From: an uncultured Candidatus Rokubacteria bacterium
GTDB lineage: Bacteria > Methylomirabilota > Methylomirabilia > Rokubacteriales > DASRDR01
Reading direction: 5' to 3'
Assembly: GCA_963708025.1 (NCBI GenBank)
Contig: CAVPSB010000025.1
Span: 418,054 to 482,053, forward strand
Length of the DNA stretch: 64,000 nt
The position numbers were made by a program, and so were the translations under genes. How positions within the stretch are numbered: position 1 is the stretch's first letter; each line of letters opens with the position of its first letter. Positions 1 to 9,253 of this stretch are shown here, one piece after another. The notes beneath the pieces are model-generated. The model saw only the letters and a list, made by a program, of their open reading frames with translations, was not told where the DNA came from and ran no database searches.

Positions 1-258
1 GTTCTGGCGGAAGTCGATGCCGAAGTCGCCGCGAACCACGCCCCAGAGCCAGCGGAGGTACTGCTCGGGCAGCGGGTCGTCGAGGTGGAAGGTCTCGCGG
101 AGCGCCCGGATCGTCTCGGGGGTCGCCTTGAAGCCGAGGACGGCCACCGCCGGGTCGCCGGGGACGAGCCGCATCAGGCCGAAGACCAGCACGCTCATGC
201 CGAGGAGCATGGGCACGACCAGAGCGAGCCGTCGCCCGGCGTATGCCAGCGGCGACAT
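1..258 (-). CDS. Peptide/nickel ABC transporter permease (DppB/OppB-like), runs off window
   Basis: Manual translation from ATG 258: MSPLAYAGRRLALVVPMLLGMSVLVFGLMRLVPGDPAVAVLG...LDDPLPEQYLRWL..GDFG, a typical DppB N-terminus; lies downstream of a family-5 SBP. Confidence 0.85.
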   Translation of the reverse strand, partial: MSPLAYAGRRLALVVPMLLGMSVLVFGLMRLVPGDPAVAVLGFKATPETIRALRETFHLDDPLPEQYLRWLWGVVRGDFGIDFRQN

Positions 259-297
259 CACCCTCTCACCGGGTCACGATAACGCGCCATGCCCCGT

Positions 298-436
298 CGG
301 CTTCTCGCGACCCTCTGACTCTGGCCACGCGGCCGTGGCGTTCCGCTTCGAGCCGCGGCCCAAGGGCCGAAGGCCGTCCAACAGTCGCGGCCTCCGAGGG
401 GGGGAATCGGGGGGGTCTTCCTAGACCCCCCCGAAG
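298..436. repeat. Intergenic palindromic repeat, family A, copy 1
   Basis: TGGCCACGCGGCCGTGGCGTTCC..TCGAGCCGCGGC and GGTCTTCC.AGACCCCCC are shared with 36276-36379. Confidence 0.8.
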
Positions 437-439
437 GAA

Positions 440-1984
440 CTAGCTCAGCCAGGTGTCCTCGAAGCGCAGCTCCAGCGACGACAGCGGCACGACGCCCTGG
501 ACGTTGGGCTTCGTCCAGTACCGCTGGATCTCGTTCGAGAAGACGAGCAGCGAGCCCTCCTCCTGGAAGAAGCGCACCAGGTCCGGATACATCCGCCGGC
601 GCGCTGCCTGGTCGGAGGTGAAGCGGAAGGCGTCGAGGCGCTCGTCCGCCGCATCCGACTTGAAGCCGGTGAAGTTCCAGCCAGACTTCGAGTGCTGCAT
701 GGGGTAGTAGAAGAGGTCGGGATCGACCGTGACGCTCCACCAGGCCGCGGCCACGTCGAACTTCTTCCCCACCAGGCCCTCGAAGTACTGCCCGGATTCC
801 ACCGCCTGCACCTCGAGCGTGATCCCGACCTTCTTGAGCTGCTCGCGGAGGATCTCGCCCGTCTTGACGAGCACCGGAACCTGGGACTTCACCCAGTAGT
901 TGAGCTTGAGCTCGCCGGTCACCCCGGCGTCCTTCAGCAGCGCCCTGGCCCGCTCCACGTTGGGGGCGCCCTGGTGGGCGTTCACGCCGGTGGCCCACGG
1001 GCTCGGCTCCGGGCACGGCTCGGCGGTGACCGCGTGGGTGTTGAAGTAGACGAGCTTCACGATCTCGGTCCGGTCGAGCGCCCAGGCGATGGCCTGGCGC
1101 AGGCGCTTGTCGTTGAGCGGCGGCTTGCTGGCGTTCAGCATGAAGAAGAACGGGAAGTACGGCTTCCCCGCCGATGCCTTCATGTCGCCGGCTCGCTCCA
1201 GCTCGGCCCAGCGCTGGGGCGGCACCGTCTGGATCCAGTTGAAGCGTCCGGTCTGCAGGCCGGTCAGCCGCACGGTGTCGTCGGCGGGGGCGTAGAAGAT
1301 GACCCGGTCCAGGTACGGCTTGCTCGGCTTGAAGTACTTCTCCCACCGCTCCAGCGTGACGTGGTCGTCCTTCACCCACTCCACGAACTTGAACGGCCCG
1401 GTGCCGACGGGGACGAGCTTGGGGTCTTTCTCCTTCAGCGCCTTCTCGTTGACGATCTCGGTCGCCTGGGAGAGCGTGGCCAGAAGCGCGCCGAAGGGCC
1501 GGCTGAGGTGGAAGCGCACCTGGTGGGGCCCGGTGGCCTCGACGCCGTCCACCGGGGTGAAGAAGACGCGCATGGGCAGCTTGTTGTTGGCGTCGAGGAC
1601 CCGGGTGAACGTGAAGACGACGTCCTTGGAGGTCATCGGCTCGCCGTTGTGGAAGACGGCGTTGTCCACGAGGTCGAAGAGCCAGGTCTTGTCGCTCTCC
1701 TGCTTCCAGCTCTTGGCCAGGCCGGGGCCGAACTGCCCCTTCTCGTCGACGTAGACGAGCTTGTTGTAGACGTTCTGGTAGACCTGGAGCGACGAGTAGA
1801 GCTGGGCGTAGCCGGGGTCCATGTTGACAGGCTTGTCCACCGTGGCCACTCGGAGCGTCCCCCCGCGCTTGGGCTGGGCCTGGGCCCCGGCCCGGGTCGC
1901 GACCCCGCCCGCCACCAGCGCGGCGCCGGCCGTCTTGAGCAGGTCCCGCCGGGTCATGCCCCGCACCGCCTCCCGGTTCCTCAT
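440..1984 (-). CDS. ABC transporter substrate-binding protein, family 5, Tat signal
   Basis: TRRDLLK twin-arginine motif; GGTLR, GTGPFKF and PYLDRV motifs. Confidence 0.93.
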   Translation of the reverse strand: MRNREAVRGMTRRDLLKTAGAALVAGGVATRAGAQAQPKRGGTLRVATVDKPVNMDPGYAQLYSSLQVYQNVYNKLVYVDEKGQFGPGLAKSWKQESDKTWLFDLVDNAVFHNGEPMTSKDVVFTFTRVLDANNKLPMRVFFTPVDGVEATGPHQVRFHLSRPFGALLATLSQATEIVNEKALKEKDPKLVPVGTGPFKFVEWVKDDHVTLERWEKYFKPSKPYLDRVIFYAPADDTVRLTGLQTGRFNWIQTVPPQRWAELERAGDMKASAGKPYFPFFFMLNASKPPLNDKRLRQAIAWALDRTEIVKLVYFNTHAVTAEPCPEPSPWATGVNAHQGAPNVERARALLKDAGVTGELKLNYWVKSQVPVLVKTGEILREQLKKVGITLEVQAVESGQYFEGLVGKKFDVAAAWWSVTVDPDLFYYPMQHSKSGWNFTGFKSDAADERLDAFRFTSDQAARRRMYPDLVRFFQEEGSLLVFSNEIQRYWTKPNVQGVVPLSSLELRFEDTWLS

Positions 1985-3171
1985 GGCTCTGTTCTCCCCG
2001 TCGGTCCCTGGTGGACCGCGCCGTTCTTCATGACGAGCGTCACACGTCGCATCGCCGTGATGTCGGCGAGCGGATCGCCGTCGATCGCGATGAGATCCGC
2101 CCGCTTGCCGGGCTCGAGGGTGCCGGTCTCCTGGTCGATCCGGCAGGCCTCGGCCCCTCGGCGGGTGGCGGCCAGGAGCGCATCCTTCGTCGGCACCCCG
2201 AACCGCACCAATGTCTCCAGCTCGTAGGCCATCAGTCCGTGCATGCTGTCGGTGCCGACGGCGAAGCGGACCCCCGATTTGAGGAGCCGGGGGAAGTTCG
2301 CGTTCACGACCTCCCGGGCCCAGCGCACCTTCTCCATGATCGCCGGCCGGCGGGCGTCGCCCTGCTCGATGCCCGTCGGGTGGAAGAGCACGGAAAACGT
2401 GCAGATGAGCCAGGCCTTGCGGTCGATCATGAGCGCGATGTCATCGTCGGTGGCGAGGGCGCCGTGCTCGATGGTGGAGACGCCCTCCTCGACCGCGAAG
2501 CGGAGTCCGGGGCCGCCGTGGGCGTGGGCGGCGGCGTACTTGCCCACCCGCTCGGCCTCCTCGACGGCGGCGCGGATCTCCTCGCGGCTGTACCCGCTGG
2601 CGTTGAGCGTGGTGGCGGTCGAGCTGACCCCGCCGGTCGCGAAGAGCTTCACGTGGTCGGCGCCCCGCTGGAAGTTCTCGCGGACGCCGCGGCGGATCGC
2701 GTCCACGCCGTCGAAGCTCGACAGGGCGCGCCCGTGGCCGTTGCTGGCGGTGATCCCGCGGGTGGCCGCCAGGAGGCGGGGGCCGGCGACGAGCCCGGCC
2801 TCGATCGCGTCGCGGACGTCGACGTCGAGGAAGTGCTCCTCGGCCATGACCCGCATGGTGGTGGTCCCGGCGGCGAGGTCCCGCGCGATGTTGGCCGTCG
2901 CCCGCAGCGCCTGGGGGACCGGCGGCTCGCGCATCTGGGCGAGCTGGTCGCCGTTGCCGGGAACCAGGCTGATGTGGCTGTGGGCGTCCACCAGCCCCGG
3001 CATCACGAAGCGGTCACGGAGATCGACGACGGTCGCCGCCGGCGGGATGGCGGTCCCGGTCGCCGGGCCGGCGGCGGCGATGCGCCCGTCCCGCACCACC
3101 ACGACGCCGTCGCGGATCGGGCCGGCGCCGGTCCCGTCGAAGAGCGTCCCGCAGCGGAGGGCCTGGATCAT
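1981..3171 (-). CDS. Metal-dependent amidohydrolase (prolidase-like)
   Basis: PGLVDAHSH, KLFATGG, AHAHG, IEHG, GTD, GKRADL motifs. Confidence 0.9.
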   Translation of the reverse strand: MIQALRCGTLFDGTGAGPIRDGVVVVRDGRIAAAGPATGTAIPPAATVVDLRDRFVMPGLVDAHSHISLVPGNGDQLAQMREPPVPQALRATANIARDLAAGTTTMRVMAEEHFLDVDVRDAIEAGLVAGPRLLAATRGITASNGHGRALSSFDGVDAIRRGVRENFQRGADHVKLFATGGVSSTATTLNASGYSREEIRAAVEEAERVGKYAAAHAHGGPGLRFAVEEGVSTIEHGALATDDDIALMIDRKAWLICTFSVLFHPTGIEQGDARRPAIMEKVRWAREVVNANFPRLLKSGVRFAVGTDSMHGLMAYELETLVRFGVPTKDALLAATRRGAEACRIDQETGTLEPGKRADLIAIDGDPLADITAMRRVTLVMKNGAVHQGPTGRTEP

Positions 3172-3365
3172 GCGGGGTGGGTGCGGGAGGCTCGGAGCCC
3201 CGGCGCGGGCAGTGGCATATGAAGCTGGTATCGTGGCGCCGCCGTTTTGTCAAGGCGGGCGCGGTCGCCGGTGGTCCCGGAGTCGAGGCGGCGCCTTCGT
3301 CCTGCTCGCCGGCCAGAGGGCGCTGATCGACCCCGGCACCCGGAGAGGGGCCATTCAACCGGCGC

Positions 3366-3394
3366 TTGACTCGACCGAACGATCGTGCTATTTC
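3366..3394 (+). promoter_or_regulatory. Sigma-70-type promoter of tetR overlapped by a putative operator
   Basis: TTGACT-17nt-TATTTC with extended -10 TG; spacer contains GACCGAACGATCGTGCTA, matching the dyad at 4077-4094. Confidence 0.55.
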
Positions 3395-3402
3395 TGGCAG
3401 CC

Positions 3403-4020
3403 GTGAGCCGTGAAGCGACCCTGAGCCGCGGGGCCTCGACCCGCCAGACGATCCTGCAGCACGCCGCCGGCCTGGCCAGCCAGCTCGGCCTGGAAGGGCT
3501 GAGCATCGGGCGGCTGGCCGAGGACCTGGGGCTCTCGAAGAGCGGCCTCTTCGCCCACTTCCAGTCGAAGGAGGCCCTCCAGCTCCAGGTGCTCGACTTC
3601 GCGGCCACGCGATTCGTCGACACCGTGGTCAAGCCGACCCTCGCCGCGCCGCGCGGGGAGCCCCGCGTCCGCGCGGCCTTCGAGCGCTGGCTGGAGTGGC
3701 CCAGGAAGAGCGACCTGCCCGGCGGCTGCTTCTTCGTCGCGGCCTCCATCGAGCTGGACGACCGCCCGGGTCCGGTCCGGGAGAAGCTGGTCCGGCTCCA
3801 GCGGGACTGGCTCGACACGCTGGCCGGCATCGTCCGCACGGCCATCGCCGAGGGCGACTTCCGCGAGGACGTGGACCCTGAGCAGTTCGCTCACGAGCTC
3901 TACGGCGTGATGCTGGTCAGCCACCACGCGGCGCGACTCCTGCGTGACCCGAAGGCCGGCGCCCGGACCCGGACGGCGTTCGACGCCCTCGTCGCCCGCG
4001 CCCGCCGGTCCCCCGCCTAA
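3403..4020 (+). CDS. TetR/AcrR family transcriptional regulator
   Basis: HTH GLSIGRLAEDLGLSKSGLFAHFQSKEAL and GGCFF motif; start uncertain (3385 or 3403). Confidence 0.92.
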   Translation: MSREATLSRGASTRQTILQHAAGLASQLGLEGLSIGRLAEDLGLSKSGLFAHFQSKEALQLQVLDFAATRFVDTVVKPTLAAPRGEPRVRAAFERWLEWPRKSDLPGGCFFVAASIELDDRPGPVREKLVRLQRDWLDTLAGIVRTAIAEGDFREDVDPEQFAHELYGVMLVSHHAARLLRDPKAGARTRTAFDALVARARRSPA

Positions 4021-4076
4021 ACTCCCGAAGGATAGCCATGCGGCGCGACAGCTGTCTCGCCCCGACGGCGGCAAAA

Positions 4077-4094
4077 AGCACGAACGTTCGAGTT
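4077..4094. promoter_or_regulatory. Putative TetR operator
   Basis: AGCACGAACGTTCGAGTT, with a perfect 10-bp core palindrome CGAACGTTCG. Confidence 0.55.
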
Positions 4095-4148
4095 CCTCAG
4101 CCGTCCCCGACGCGCGTGGCTCGCGGCCGCGCGGACAAGGAGCCCACG

Positions 4149-4352
4149 ATGCTGAACGCGGAGACCCCACGATCCCTCGTCACTCACGATCACCCCGAAG
4201 TCGCCCCGCGTTGCGGCCAGTGCGGCGAGTCGCTGGCGGAGACGTGGCCGGATTCGCCGGGGCTCTGCCTCCGGTGCGGCCTCGAGGCCGATCTCTTCGA
4301 CCGCGAGGCCCGCTGGGAGCGCGTGCACGGCCTCGAGGCGCGAACTTCCTAG
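4149..4352 (+). CDS. Small CxxC-x14-CxxC protein (67 aa), putative zinc ribbon
   Basis: AAGGAG RBS before ATG 4149; CGQC and CLRC motifs. Confidence 0.55.
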   Translation: MLNAETPRSLVTHDHPEVAPRCGQCGESLAETWPDSPGLCLRCGLEADLFDREARWERVHGLEARTS

Positions 4353-4358
4353 GTTTCG

Positions 4359-4623
4359 CTATCGCCCCAGGCCGGCCTTGCGGAGGAGGCGCTCGAACGT
4401 CTCGACGCGAGACGAATCCTCCAGCGCGTCCGAGATCTCGCGCACCAGCCGCCTGATTCGTGCGATGTCGAGGACGGGCCCGTGCAGCGAGAGGAGCTTC
4501 TCGGCGTCGTCGAGATCTCGCGGCCGTGCTGCCACCAGCTTGTAGACAACCAGGTCTTCGGCCCGCACCACGCGGATCTGGACTCCCGCGTACGAGGAAT
4601 CGCCCTTCCCCGGACCCGCTCAC
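4359..4623 (-). pseudogene. Internally deleted nucleotidyltransferase-family gene (C-terminus only)
   Basis: AEDLVVYKLVAARPRDLDDA motif typical of NTase C-termini; GTG 4623 overlaps the upstream stop, but the catalytic core is missing. Confidence 0.6.
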
Positions 4624-4859
4624 CGGGGCAGGCGCTCGCGCAGCTGGCGCCAGATCGCGCGGACCGCGGCATCATCGGCCTGACGCTGGGACTCCGTGGC
4701 CGACCGCCCGAGCCCCGCCTGGTCGGCGGAGTCGATCATCGAGAGGGCGAGGCTGATCGCCCAGGCGGCATCCGCGCCCCGGCCTCGGAGTGCCTCGCGA
4801 TCGGCCTCCGCAGCCGCCTCGAATCCGGCGATCCACCGTCGCACGCGGGCCGCGTCCAC
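4620..4859 (-). CDS. Small hypothetical protein, probable partner of the NTase (TA-like pair)
   Basis: About 79 aa helical ORF (VDAARVRRWIAGFEAAAEADRE...) with a GTGA overlap onto the NTase remnant. Confidence 0.5.
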   Translation of the reverse strand: MDAARVRRWIAGFEAAAEADREALRGRGADAAWAISLALSMIDSADQAGLGRSATESQRQADDAAVRAIWRQLRERLPR

Positions 4860-5039
4860 GCCCTCACAATAGCGCACGCTGGACCGTTCCAGCACGCAAA
4901 GTCCGCCCGATGTGCCTGTGTGGCCGCCCCACGATCGGAGGGATCGGACGCGGGTGCCGGCAGGCGGCCGGCCGGCCCCGTTGCTGCCTGGCCTGGCTGT
5001 CGTCTATCATGCTCGGCGAAACGATAAGAGCCGCCGGCG

Positions 5040-6752
5040 GTGGTGAGAGCCGCCATGCCGGGGCGGGCGATCCCTCTTGCGAACGAGGTGAGAACGGCGG
5101 TGGCGAGCCCGATCGATCCGAAATCCATGGCTGGCAAGGCGCCGGCGGTGGAGCGGCGCGTGCCGCTGGTGGTGGTCGGCGCGGGCGTGGCCGGCGTGGC
5201 GGCGGCGATCGAAGCCGCCAGGGCCGGCGTGGACGTCGTGCTGGTGGACGAGAACCCCATCGACCACGACATGATGGCCATGGACCTGCCGCTCTACTTC
5301 GGCCAGCGCCTGCACCCGGCCTTGCGGAACCGGGCGGCGATGCTGCAGCGGGTGGTCGAGGGCAACCCGGCGCTAGCCGAGGCCGACGCGGCCGGGGTCG
5401 ACGTGCAGCTCGGCACCTGCGTGTGGGGGGCTTTTCGGAACGGGCCCACCCTGCGCGAGCTCGACGGGCCCGTGCTGGGGCTCGCCGACCTGGAGCGGTC
5501 GTGGCTGATCGGCTACGACCGGCTCGTCGTGGCCGCCGGCGCCCGGGATCTCGCGCTGGGGTTTCCGGGCTGGGAGAAGGCGGGAACGATGGGCGCCAAC
5601 GGCGCCTTCTCGCTGCTCACGCGCTACCAGGCGGTCGCTTCCCGGCGGATGCTGGTGCTGGGCTCGGGCACCCTGGGGCTCCAGACGGCGGCCCTGGCGC
5701 TGGAGCGCGGGGTGGAGGTGGCCGGCGTCGTGGAGGTCTCGCCCGCGGTGGGCGGTGACGCGTCACTTCACCGGATGCTGGAAGACAAGGGCGTGCGCTT
5801 CTATCCCGCCCACACGGTCAAGGAGGCCCGCGGCCGGACCGGGGAGGTCGAGTCCGTCGTGCTGGTCGGTGTCGGTCCCGACCTGGCGCCGATCGCGGGG
5901 AGCGAGACAGAGATCGCCTGCGACACCATCTGTCTCGCGATCGGGCTCGTCCCCAACGTCGAGCTCCTCGACCTGCTCGCCTGCCGCCTGCCGTTCCGAT
6001 CCGAGCTGGGCGGCTTCGTGCCCGAGACCGACGAGTGGATGCGGACGAGCGTGGCGACCGCGTTCGTGGCCGGCGACTGCGCGGGGTTCCACGACGGCAT
6101 GGTGACGGACCCGGACGTCGCCCGGGACCAGGGCCGGCTGGCTGGGATCGCGGCGGCGGCGTCCCTCGGCGCGATCGACCGGGGCCGGGCCGGCGCGCTC
6201 CGCGCGGAGCTCAGGCGCCGCGATGGCCCCCGACCCGGGGAGGTGCACGCCCACTGGCAGCGCTGGCTGGAGTCGCTGATCAACGCCGGGGGCTGGGACG
6301 TGAACACCTGTCAGTGCGAGGAGGTCACACGTCGGGAGCTGGCCGCCGTGCAGCCGCCGCGCTACCTCAAGTGGGAGTCCGACCGGATGCGCGCCCGGAG
6401 CCTCCACACCCTGCTCGAGGACGGGCCGGTCCATCCCGATCAGATCAAGCGTCTCACCCGGGTGGGCATGGGACCGTGTCAGGGCCGGCGCTGCCGGGAG
6501 CAGGTCGCCCTCCTGCTCGCCAACCAGGCCCGCACGCCCGTCGGCGAGGTCCCGCTGGCCAGCTACCGGGCGCCGGTGCGCCCGCTGCCGCTCTCGGTGC
6601 TGTGGCCCCGGGACGAGCCCCAGGAGGTGCGGACCGAATGGGTGTCCTGGTTCGGGATCCCGACCCAGTTCGCGCCGCACTGGGACGGCCCGCCGTCGGC
6701 GCAGCCGGACACCCCGGGAGCCGGTCCGGTCCCGTTCGGCGTGGACGAGTGA
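5040..6752 (+). CDS. FAD/NAD(P)-dependent oxidoreductase with C-terminal BFD-like Cys motif (HcnB/opine oxidase A/sarcosine oxidase alpha-like)
   Basis: VVVGAGVAG, FVAGDC, CQCEEV and RVGMGPCQGRRC motifs; start uncertain. Confidence 0.85.
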   Translation: MVRAAMPGRAIPLANEVRTAVASPIDPKSMAGKAPAVERRVPLVVVGAGVAGVAAAIEAARAGVDVVLVDENPIDHDMMAMDLPLYFGQRLHPALRNRAAMLQRVVEGNPALAEADAAGVDVQLGTCVWGAFRNGPTLRELDGPVLGLADLERSWLIGYDRLVVAAGARDLALGFPGWEKAGTMGANGAFSLLTRYQAVASRRMLVLGSGTLGLQTAALALERGVEVAGVVEVSPAVGGDASLHRMLEDKGVRFYPAHTVKEARGRTGEVESVVLVGVGPDLAPIAGSETEIACDTICLAIGLVPNVELLDLLACRLPFRSELGGFVPETDEWMRTSVATAFVAGDCAGFHDGMVTDPDVARDQGRLAGIAAAASLGAIDRGRAGALRAELRRRDGPRPGEVHAHWQRWLESLINAGGWDVNTCQCEEVTRRELAAVQPPRYLKWESDRMRARSLHTLLEDGPVHPDQIKRLTRVGMGPCQGRRCREQVALLLANQARTPVGEVPLASYRAPVRPLPLSVLWPRDEPQEVRTEWVSWFGIPTQFAPHWDGPPSAQPDTPGAGPVPFGVDE

Positions 6753-6780
6753 CGCGGCATCCATCGAGGGAGCGACATCC

Positions 6781-7971
6781 ATGAGCGAGGTGGCCGGCGC
6801 GTCGGTGGTGATCGTCGGCGGAGGCGTGACCGGGCTCAGTGCCGGGTGGTGGCTCGCGCGCGCCGGGGTGGACGTGCTCGTGCTCGAGAAGGGCATCGTG
6901 GGCTGGGAGGCCTCCGGGCGCAACGGCGGGGGCGCCACCCACATCTACAGCCCGTTTGGCCTCGAGGAGCAGCGCCTCTGGCCCCAGATGGACGAGCTGC
7001 TCGGCTATCCCACCGAGCACCAGCCGAACCGGATCCGGGTCGCCCTCTCGCCCGCGCAGCTCACCTTCTACCGGCGGGGCGCCGAGATCGCCGCGGCCCG
7101 CGGATTGCGGACCGATTTCCTCGACGTCAAGCAGCTCAAGGAGCTGGTGCCGATCGTGGGCGACAACGCGGTGGGCGGGCTCTACACGCACTTCGGCGGC
7201 CACGCCAATCCGCAGCGGACCGTCCAGGCCTACGCCTGGGCGCTGCAGGATCACGGCGGCCGCATCTACCAGCAGACGACGGTCACCGGCTTCCGGGTCG
7301 CGGGTGGGCGCGTCACCGCGGTCGAGACCACGCGCGGGACGTTCGGCGCCGAGGTCGTGGTGGTCGCCGCCGGACCCCAGACCGGGCTGTTCGCGGCCAT
7401 GGTCGGCGCATCGCTGCCGCTGGCGCCGGCCCGGGTCGAGATGATCGTGACCGAGCCGCTGCCGCTCATGTTCCGGGGCGGCGTCGACGGGAACGGGCTC
7501 TACGGGCGGCAGACCCTGCGCGGCAATCTCGTCTACGGCGGCGGTCCCCACGAGTGGATCGACGTGCCCGACATGGCGACGCCGGAGAAGCCGACCACGC
7601 CGCTCCTGCGCAACCTGGCTCGCCGCCTCGCCGAGCTGTTTCCCGGCGCCGCGCACCTCCGCCTGATCCGGAGCTGGGCGGGGGTCGTCGAGAACACGCC
7701 CGACGGGTTGCCCGTCGTCGACCGCCTGGCCGACCCCGACAACGTCGTCGTGGCGACCATGTCCAGCGTGGGCTTCGGGCTGTCGCCGGCGGTGGGGAAG
7801 GGGATCAGCGAGCTGGTCCAGCACGGCCGGTGCCTCTTCGCCGATCTGACCGCCCTGCGCCTCGACCGCTTCGCCGGCACCCCGCCGGACTGGCGCGAGC
7901 GCCAGGGCTGGGTCCCGGCGCCGGACCGTATCGCCGCCCGGGGGGCCGAGCTGGCCGACGTCATGCGATAG
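6781..7971 (+). CDS. FAD-dependent oxidoreductase, DAO family (HcnC/opine oxidase B-like)
   Basis: IVGGGVTG, ASGRNGGG, RSWAG and TPDGLP motifs. Confidence 0.88.
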   Translation: MSEVAGASVVIVGGGVTGLSAGWWLARAGVDVLVLEKGIVGWEASGRNGGGATHIYSPFGLEEQRLWPQMDELLGYPTEHQPNRIRVALSPAQLTFYRRGAEIAAARGLRTDFLDVKQLKELVPIVGDNAVGGLYTHFGGHANPQRTVQAYAWALQDHGGRIYQQTTVTGFRVAGGRVTAVETTRGTFGAEVVVVAAGPQTGLFAAMVGASLPLAPARVEMIVTEPLPLMFRGGVDGNGLYGRQTLRGNLVYGGGPHEWIDVPDMATPEKPTTPLLRNLARRLAELFPGAAHLRLIRSWAGVVENTPDGLPVVDRLADPDNVVVATMSSVGFGLSPAVGKGISELVQHGRCLFADLTALRLDRFAGTPPDWRERQGWVPAPDRIAARGAELADVMR

Positions 7972-8033
7972 CCGGCGCTCCCGGCCGGCCTCCGACCGGG
8001 CCTGGCAACCTCCCTTCAACCCAGGAGTCAGTG

Positions 8034-9233
8034 ATGAGCGAGCTTTCTCGAACGGCCGACGTCGTCGTCGTCGGCGGTGGCGTGCACGGCGCGTCGGTGG
8101 CCTACCACCTGGCGAAGAAGCGGGCCGGTCGCGTCGTGCTGCTGGAGAAGAAGTTCCTGGCATCCGGTCCCACCGGTCGCTCGACGGCGGTGGTCCGCCG
8201 CCACTACGCCCACGACTACCTCACCGTCTCCGCCAACCGGTCGGCCGACATCTACCGGAACTGGAAAGACATCATCGGCGACGAGTGCGGCTACAGCGAG
8301 ATCGGCTGGGTCCAGTTCGTCGGCCATCGCGACGTCGCGGCCTTCGAGCGGGTCGTCGCCCGGGCGCGCGAGCTGGGCGCCGGGGTGCGCATGATCGGCC
8401 TCGACGACGTGAAGGCCCTGGTTCCCGCGATGGAGACCGGCGACATCGGGGCCGCCTGCTACGAGGAGCACTCGGGGTGCGGCGATCCCGCGCTGACGAC
8501 GAACGCGTACGCGAAGGGCGCCCGCGAGCTGGGGGCCGAGATCGTCCAGTACACCGAGGTGACCAGCATCCGGACGACCGGGGACAAGGTGACCGGGGTC
8601 CGGACGGCGAAGGGCGACGTCGATGCGCCGGCGGTCGTGGTCTGCGCGGGTCTCTGGGCCAACTCGCTCACGTCGCCACTCGGCGTGGCGATTCCCATCC
8701 AGCCCCAGCGCCATCAGATGACCATCTTCCGGCGCCCGACCGAGTTCCCGACGCATCCGGCGGTCTACGACCTGATCCAGGGCACCTACTGCCGGCCCGA
8801 TCACGGCGACCTCACGATCTACGGCATCACCCGCTACGCGGAGGCGGCGGACCCCGAGCGGTACAACGAGGCGGCCGACTACGAGGAGATCGAGAAGACC
8901 ACCGAGGCGATCGCCTACCGCTTCCCGGTGATGGAGCGCGGGCTGTCCCGCGGCGGCTACTCGGGCCTGTACGACACGACGCCCGACCACCAGCCCGTGC
9001 TGGGTCCGGTGCCACAGATCGCGGGGCTCTACCTCGACTGTGGCTGGAGCGGCCACGGCTTCAAGCACTCGCCAGTCACGGGCGACGTGATCAGCGAGCT
9101 GGTCCTAACCGGCCGCCATCCGGATGGACTCGACGCCAGCGAGTTCAGCGTCTCCCGCTTCCGGGAGGGGCGACCGATCGCGCTGTCGGCGAAATACTCG
9201 CCGCCCAGGTACGGCGCCAGTCCGGCCGGCTGA
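8034..9233 (+). CDS. FAD-dependent oxidoreductase, DAO family (sarcosine oxidase beta-like)
   Basis: AGGAG RBS; VVVGGGVHG, GPTGRS, YDTTPDHQP and SGHGFKHSP motifs. Confidence 0.88.
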   Translation: MSELSRTADVVVVGGGVHGASVAYHLAKKRAGRVVLLEKKFLASGPTGRSTAVVRRHYAHDYLTVSANRSADIYRNWKDIIGDECGYSEIGWVQFVGHRDVAAFERVVARARELGAGVRMIGLDDVKALVPAMETGDIGAACYEEHSGCGDPALTTNAYAKGARELGAEIVQYTEVTSIRTTGDKVTGVRTAKGDVDAPAVVVCAGLWANSLTSPLGVAIPIQPQRHQMTIFRRPTEFPTHPAVYDLIQGTYCRPDHGDLTIYGITRYAEAADPERYNEAADYEEIEKTTEAIAYRFPVMERGLSRGGYSGLYDTTPDHQPVLGPVPQIAGLYLDCGWSGHGFKHSPVTGDVISELVLTGRHPDGLDASEFSVSRFREGRPIALSAKYSPPRYGASPAG

Positions 9234-9253
9234 CCGGCCTTCCCGGGGTGGAC

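Noticed and set aside
5040-7971. Hydrogen cyanide synthase call
   Set aside because: HcnA is absent and the family includes opine, proline and hydroxyproline dehydrogenases; substrate cannot be assigned
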